64,000 nucleotides of DNA. Source: the human T2T-CHM13v2.0 reference genome, Homo sapiens. The notes under the pieces were generated by a model. That model was given only the letters and a program-made list of their open reading frames with translations. It ran no database searches and was not told the origin of the DNA. Each line of letters begins with the position of its first letter. The stretch's first letter is position 1. The stretch lies in assembly GCF_009914755.1 (NCBI RefSeq), contig NC_060934.1. One strand, written 5' to 3'. Positions 58,030-64,000 of the stretch are shown here, in pieces. Both the position numbers and the translations under genes were made by a program.

Positions 58030-58565
58030 GATCAATCAGGAATTAATCAATTACAGAATAGGTTTGGCTGTCCATAACACAATACTTAAAAAACAGTGGC
58101 TTGTTTACTTAAAGGTTTCTGTTTCTCATGCAACAGAAATTCCACTGGAAGGCACTGCAGGGCTCGCACAGAAACCCCACAGTGCCATCAGACTCCTACC
58201 TTTCCACTCAACTATCCTTTGTATGTCTTCATGCTTGTTGCTTCATGGTCCAAGATGGCAGCCCCATCTCTGCCATCACATCTGCAGTCCAGGCAGGAAG
58301 AAAGGGAAGGGCAAAGGTCAAAAATGTTTGCTGGCTGAGTATGTCTCCTTCAACAAGAAAACAGTAGCTTTTCTTTGATGTCTCATCAGGTGGCTTTCCC
58401 TTATGTCTTTGGCCAGAATGAGATCATGCAGTGATTCCTTTCACTTACAAGGAAATCTGGGGAATGTAGGATTTTTTTGGCGGGGGGGGGGGGGGGTGTC
58501 AGGCAAATTGTCATCCCAAATAGCATTGAAATCCTATGTACAGGCTATTAGCAGTGTCTCTGCTG
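58030..58565 (-). mobile_element. MLT1 (MaLR, MLT1J/K-like) LTR
   Basis: cagtggctt...catggtccaagatggcagc...ccatcacatctgcagtccaggcagg...tttggccagaa...caaggaaatctgggga. Confidence 0.7.
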
Positions 58566-59619
58566 TTCACATATGTGGGTTAACAATACCAATATATCAT
58601 GGAAATTAGAAGAAAATCAGACTTTCTACAAATGATAGAATTGAGCCTATTTTTATTCCAGTGTTACTTTAGTGTAAAAAGATTGTTAAGCCTTCATTGC
58701 ACTACAAGTCTAGATCCAATTTCCCACATATAATCACATTTGTTATAATAATTTTTTGTGCGATCTTGCAAATCCTCATCATCAAAAAAGGTTTGAAATT
58801 TGTGCATGTATCTAAACCCTCACATACACAAAGACAAAAGAAACAAAAAAGTAGTGCCCAAGCAATCAGGAGTCAAGTAAGTAAAGAACATTCGGTGATA
58901 ATCAGGATTAATTTTGAGGAAAATGATACTGCTGGGATTTTAGAAAGAATAAATAACTGACATAATGAAATATTTGCAGTATTTTTACCTTATGCAAAGG
59001 GAATTGTTTTCTCCCTTCAAGATGTGAATATCTGTTACATACATATTAAATATAATTCTTATAATTACAATGGGGAGGAAACCTTCAAACACTTTATGCT
59101 TTAAATTAAGTTTATCTCCTCTATCCAAACCTCTCCTTAGCTAGTAGGAGAGCTATAATTCCTACAACTTCTAAAACATTAGAATCTAAGAACTGGTCGA
59201 AGAAGACATTTTTGCTGCCATCATGATGCAAAATAACTGCCCAGTAGTATTCTCTACAGAAATCAAGTTAATAAAAATGTGCAAGTATTAGCTAACACTT
59301 AAAATCCTCAGAACTGAACAACTAAAAATACAGCAGTGGATCTCATGGAAGATGGCTGCATTCCACTTTCATTTTAACTTCTTCAGGTTTGGTGGGTTTT
59401 TACAGGAGTGTAGTTTGAGAGAGAACTCAACGTCTCCATTTTCTGTGAGGTAAGAACCTCTTCTGTGCTTTTATCATCACCAGTCAGGAACGCTTTCTTT
59501 CCCCTCTCTGCCTTATTGGATCTCTTTGTTGTTCAACGCCACACCTACGAAGCCTTCCTTGATACCTTCCCTCTTTCCCCATAATCTGATTGAACTCATT
59601 GTAGTATAACTTGCATATA

Positions 59620-59751
59620 TGATGACCTTATGATTTATCAGACAAACCAGGACTATTTTGGAAAATGAAAGGAGACACTATTAGATATTTTACCAAGTCA
59701 ACAGGAGTCAATCAGGAATATCCCAAGCAACCTAGGATGTGCGGTCATCCT
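59620..59751. mobile_element. MER94 (hAT-Blackjack MITE)
   Basis: gatgaccttatgatttatc...aaaccaggac...tgaaaggagacactatta...ggatgtgcggtcatcct. Confidence 0.7.
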
Positions 59752-60359
59752 ACTTATTTGATCTATGCAGGATACATTCCCATAACTTCCAGAAGGTCAA
59801 AATCATGAAAATAGGTTCAGATTCCTGGTTTGTCTCTTAAATCTATTTGCATTTCAACACATACGTCTCTGGATGCCACCTATTTACTACAAGAAAACTA
59901 CCCTTTTGAGTTTTCTCTGTCATTTGGTGGGCGTTTTTTCACTATGAAACAACACCATTAAAAACTTCATGTGACACCAAGGTAGGAGTGGATGCTGAGC
60001 CATCTGCTAGGTTCATGAACCACAGAAGGGACAGATACGGTCTCGGCAGCCTCAGCATGCACATGGGTAAAATTCCTACCTCAGCAAAATGCCGAATTGA
60101 TACGCCATGGATCTCCCTTGTCATTTCTCACAAGTTAAAGCATTAACATTGAACATGCAGTAATTACACATTGCCTGGACCTTCACTCACGTTCAAAACT
60201 CCATGGTTTCAGTGAATCCTTGCTGAAGCATTTGAACTGCTATGAAGTTGTTTTCTGAGAAAAGCTGTAAACTAGTCTACAGGAATTCCAGTGCCCGTTC
60301 CCTGAGAGAAATGGAATGGCCCTTTTCCATTCACACATCTAATATTTAAGACTATTTAT

Positions 60360-60619
60360 GGCTGGGCACAATGGCTCAAGCCTGTAATCCCAGCATTTTG
60401 GGAGGCTGAAGTGGGAGACTTCCTTGAGTGCAGGAGTTCAAGACCAGCCTGGGCAATATGGCGAAACCCAGTGTAACACACGCCTGTAGTCCCAGCTACT
60501 TGGGAGGCTGAGGTGGGAGGATAACCTGATCCTGGAGAGGTCAAGGCCACAGTGAACCATGATGGCACTGCTGCACTCCAGCCTGGGCGACAGAGTGAGA
60601 CCCTATCTCAAAAAAAAAA
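60360..60619 (+). mobile_element. AluJ lacking the central linker
   Basis: gcgaaaccccagtgtaacacacgcc joins the two arms; TSD aagactatttat/aagactatctat. Confidence 0.9.
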
Positions 60620-60677
60620 TGTGTTTAAAAAAAGACTATCTATGCCAAAATCCTGTCCTCCTTCTCCTCACGGCTGA

Positions 60678-61005
<328 letters not shown>

Positions 61006-61559
61006 ACTCTTCACTTGTTATGCACTTCTCATCCTACTGTCTTCTGGCTCCAGCACCCTCTGTACTGTAGAAGCTGTTCTGAAAAAAGCCAACAACAAAC
61101 TCCAGCTGGGGAAAGTCACTGGAAATGTTTTCAGGCTTTATTACATTTGAACTGTTCTCACCAACTATTTCTCTTTGCCAGATGTTTTATTCCTTGGCTT
61201 CAGGCACATCACTCTCTTCTAGCTCACAGTCTCATTTGCTGAGCTCTCTACCTTCACTCCTTCTTGAATATCAATGTTCTCCAAGATTCTATGCTAGGGC
61301 CCTCTTTCTTCCCCATTCTCTCATTCTTCTCCGGCAAACACGTTGACTTCCATGTCTTTGCCCAATACTACACTGCATAAGCAACAGTCATGGGCTCTAA
61401 ATTTTCTAATCAGTTCCAAATTATTCTACTCCATTTTTTCTGTGAAAGTTATTTTTGTTATGCAGTTAAATGTGACTTAATTTGAACATTTTGTGGGATT
61501 TTTCACATACATATGTAAATCCCTCCTTTGTGGCTTGTCACACCATCCTCTGTCTGGAT

Positions 61560-61765
61560 TTTTGGTTAGGCAAATATGTTTCAGTTCAAATCCCTACTCC
61601 ATCTCTCACTGGTGTGAACTTGGGTAGATTATATAAAATGGGGTTAATGACAGTAAGTCCTATCTCATACAGTCACAGGGAAGAGGACATGAACTGAACT
61701 ACATGTGAAGCACTGGGATCAGTGTTGGGCATATAGACTTACATCCATGTTAGCTACTATAATTT
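61560..61765 (+). mobile_element. MIR
   Basis: gttcaaatccctactcc...gtgtgaacttgggtag...tataaaatggggttaatgacagt. Confidence 0.7.
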
Positions 61766-62114
61766 TACATGGTCGACCTATTTATATACTAAAGTCTCTG
61801 CAAGATCTGTCCTCTTTTCTGAGCATTAAACTGCCTGTTCACATGGAGTTCCTGTGGGTACCTCAGTTGCAACATGTCCAACTCTTGAACTTACTGTTTT
61901 GTCCAACAGACTTCCTCCTCTGTTCCCTGTTTACACTAATTGTGTCATTTATCACCCTCCACCTAGCCATGAAATAGCACTATTACTTTTAACTCCCCCC
62001 ACTTTCCATCCATCAATCGGTAATAAATACTATTGCTTCCAAATGTCTTAGATTGTACCCATTTCTCCATTATCACTGTCACTCATTTTCTCTCAACTGT
62101 ACCCTCACTTCCTC

Positions 62115-62410
62115 TTTTTAAAAATTTTTTAGAGATGGGGTCTCTGTCACCCAGGCTGGCAATACAGTGGTGTAATCATAGCTCACTACAGACTAAAACT
62201 CTTGGGCTCAAGCGATCCTCCCACCTCAGCCTCCCAAGTAGCTGGGACTACAGGCCTGCACCACTGTGCCCAGCTAAGTTCTTTACTTTTTGTAGAGATA
62301 GGGTCTCACTATGTTGCCTAGGCTGGTCTCCAACTCCTGGCTTCAAGCAATTCTCCCTCCTCAGTTTCTCAAAGAGCTAGGGTTACAGGTGTGAGCCACC
62401 ATGCCTGGCC
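62115..62410 (-). mobile_element. AluJ
   Basis: Antisense Alu; TSD core cctcacttcct. Confidence 0.92.
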
Positions 62411-62504
62411 TCACCTCACTTCCTTTTCAATTCAATGTTACTAAGACCCCAGTCGGGTCATATCACTACACTTTATAATAGTCTTCCTGAGCACTCCATT
62501 GTCT

Positions 62505-62692
62505 CCAGCGGTGCTATCCAACAAACTTCCTGCAATGATGGAAACTTCTATGTCTGTGCTCTCCAGCATGGTTACCCCTAGCCACATGTGGTTATAGAGC
62601 ATTTGAAATGTGGCTAGTATAACTGAGGAAATGAATTTTTAATTATGACTAATTCTAATTAGCCCCATGTGACTTGTGCCAGCACAGGTCTG
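62505..62692. mobile_element. MER3 MITE
   Basis: gtgctatccaacaaacttcctgcaatgatggaaac...gagcatttgaaatgtggctagtataactgaggaa. Confidence 0.8.
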
Positions 62693-63357
62693 GAGGATAG
62701 AGCTCCCCCAACCTGGCTTGGCAAATGCCACATTCCCCACCCCAACACCTGTCTGCTTATCTTTTTCTGACATTCTTTGTAGTTTTATACATCTGTGCTT
62801 TTGTATATGTTGTGCCCTTTACCTAGAAGTCCTTTCTCATCTTTTCTATTCAGCTTTGCAAACCTATGTCAAATGTCACCTCCTCTCAAGTCTTTTGACA
62901 TCACACACCAAGACACAGACTTCCTTTTTCTTCTGTGCCTCCCTGCATATTAATACTTATACCTCATTATTTTTTAACTATGTGTTTGTCTTCTTCCAAA
63001 CAAATTATAATCTCCTCTAGTGTAGACCCTTGCTTAGTTTCTTTAACTTACTAAACATTTGTAGAGTGCACAAACAAATAAATGAAACACAGAAAACTAA
63101 TTATGGTCAATAGCTGAATACCTATACCTTGGGTTGAGGGCATTAGTAATCTCATGTTTTTGTCATTTTTAATCATCTTAAATCATTGGTACAGTGCCTG
63201 TCAAAGTACCAACTGCAACAACTGACTGTGAAATAAGTTGGCAAAAGATTTATGCTTGTCAATCTGACCCTATATTCTTAAGGCTCTACCCTTGTACTAA
63301 ATCTGATTCTCAAAGAGGCATATACCTAACTTCCCTAAGAAATACTAAGCACTACAG

Positions 63358-63586
63358 CAAGCTTGCCCGACCCGCAGCCCACAGGCCACATGTGGCCCAG
63401 GATGGCTTTGAATGCAGCCCAACACAAATTCATAAACTTTCTAAAAATGTTATGAGATTTTTTTTTTTTTTACATTTTTTTTTAGCTCATCAGCTATTGT
63501 TAGTATTAGTGTACTTCATGCGTGGCCCAAGATAATTCTTCTTCTTCCAATGTGACTCAGGGAAGTCAAAAGATTGGACAACCCTG
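63358..63586. mobile_element. MER30 (hAT-Charlie MITE)
   Basis: Typical MER30 body; perfect 8-bp TSD cactacag at 63350-63357 and 63587-63594. Confidence 0.92.
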
Positions 63587-64000
63587 CACTACAGTGTAAC
63601 ACTATGGTCTCATTTTGTGTGTGTGCAAGTCACTATTTAAACAACAGTCATATGAAGACTGAATTTTTAAAATAATTCTATCAAAAACAGTGTCCATTAT
63701 GTGGTTCTGTGCTCCTTATAGAAAGACCTACATGAGAGCTCTTTCATGAGTACAATTCTAGAGAGATTGCATCCTTTCTAACAAACTTGCACACATCCTT
63801 TTAGAAGCTAATGACAGCTACATGACCCTACACATTTCCCATCAGCGCTAAGAAGCATGGAGTTAAGTTGCATGCATTATTAATTAATAGCTTTTTATTT
63901 AAAGCTCAAGGTAAATTCCATTCTTAATCTCTGTCTTAATGGTTTTATTGGTTCTAGGCCATTTGTTGTTAGTAGTCTCAGATCATTTTATATTATCAAA

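Overview
Hominoid (human or other ape) genomic DNA, most likely intergenic or deep intronic. An SVA element is present, which restricts the source to hominoids. I found no recognisable protein-coding gene; the ORF track is explained by Alu, SVA, L1, LTR, microsatellite and chance ORFs. Much of the window is transposon-derived: 17 Alus (including a nested triple and a closely spaced inverted pair), L1PA/L1MA/L1M fragments, L2, L3, MIR, MER34/MER4/MER52/MLT1 LTR sequence and several hAT MITEs. A near full-length Charlie5-like hAT fossil carries a nested AluY and a full-length SVA_A-like element. The least expected features are several short, apparently locally templated insertions: a 24-nt inverted copy inside an Alu tail, a fold-back palindrome in an LTR end, and a ~23-nt copy inside an L1. 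There is also a dense STAT/NF-kB/C/EBP/AP-1/FOX motif cluster near 40 kb and candidate spliced exons at 55-59 kb. Repeat subfamily names come from recalled consensus sequences, not a database search, and boundaries of old repeats are approximate. I do not see convincing evidence of a new biological system.
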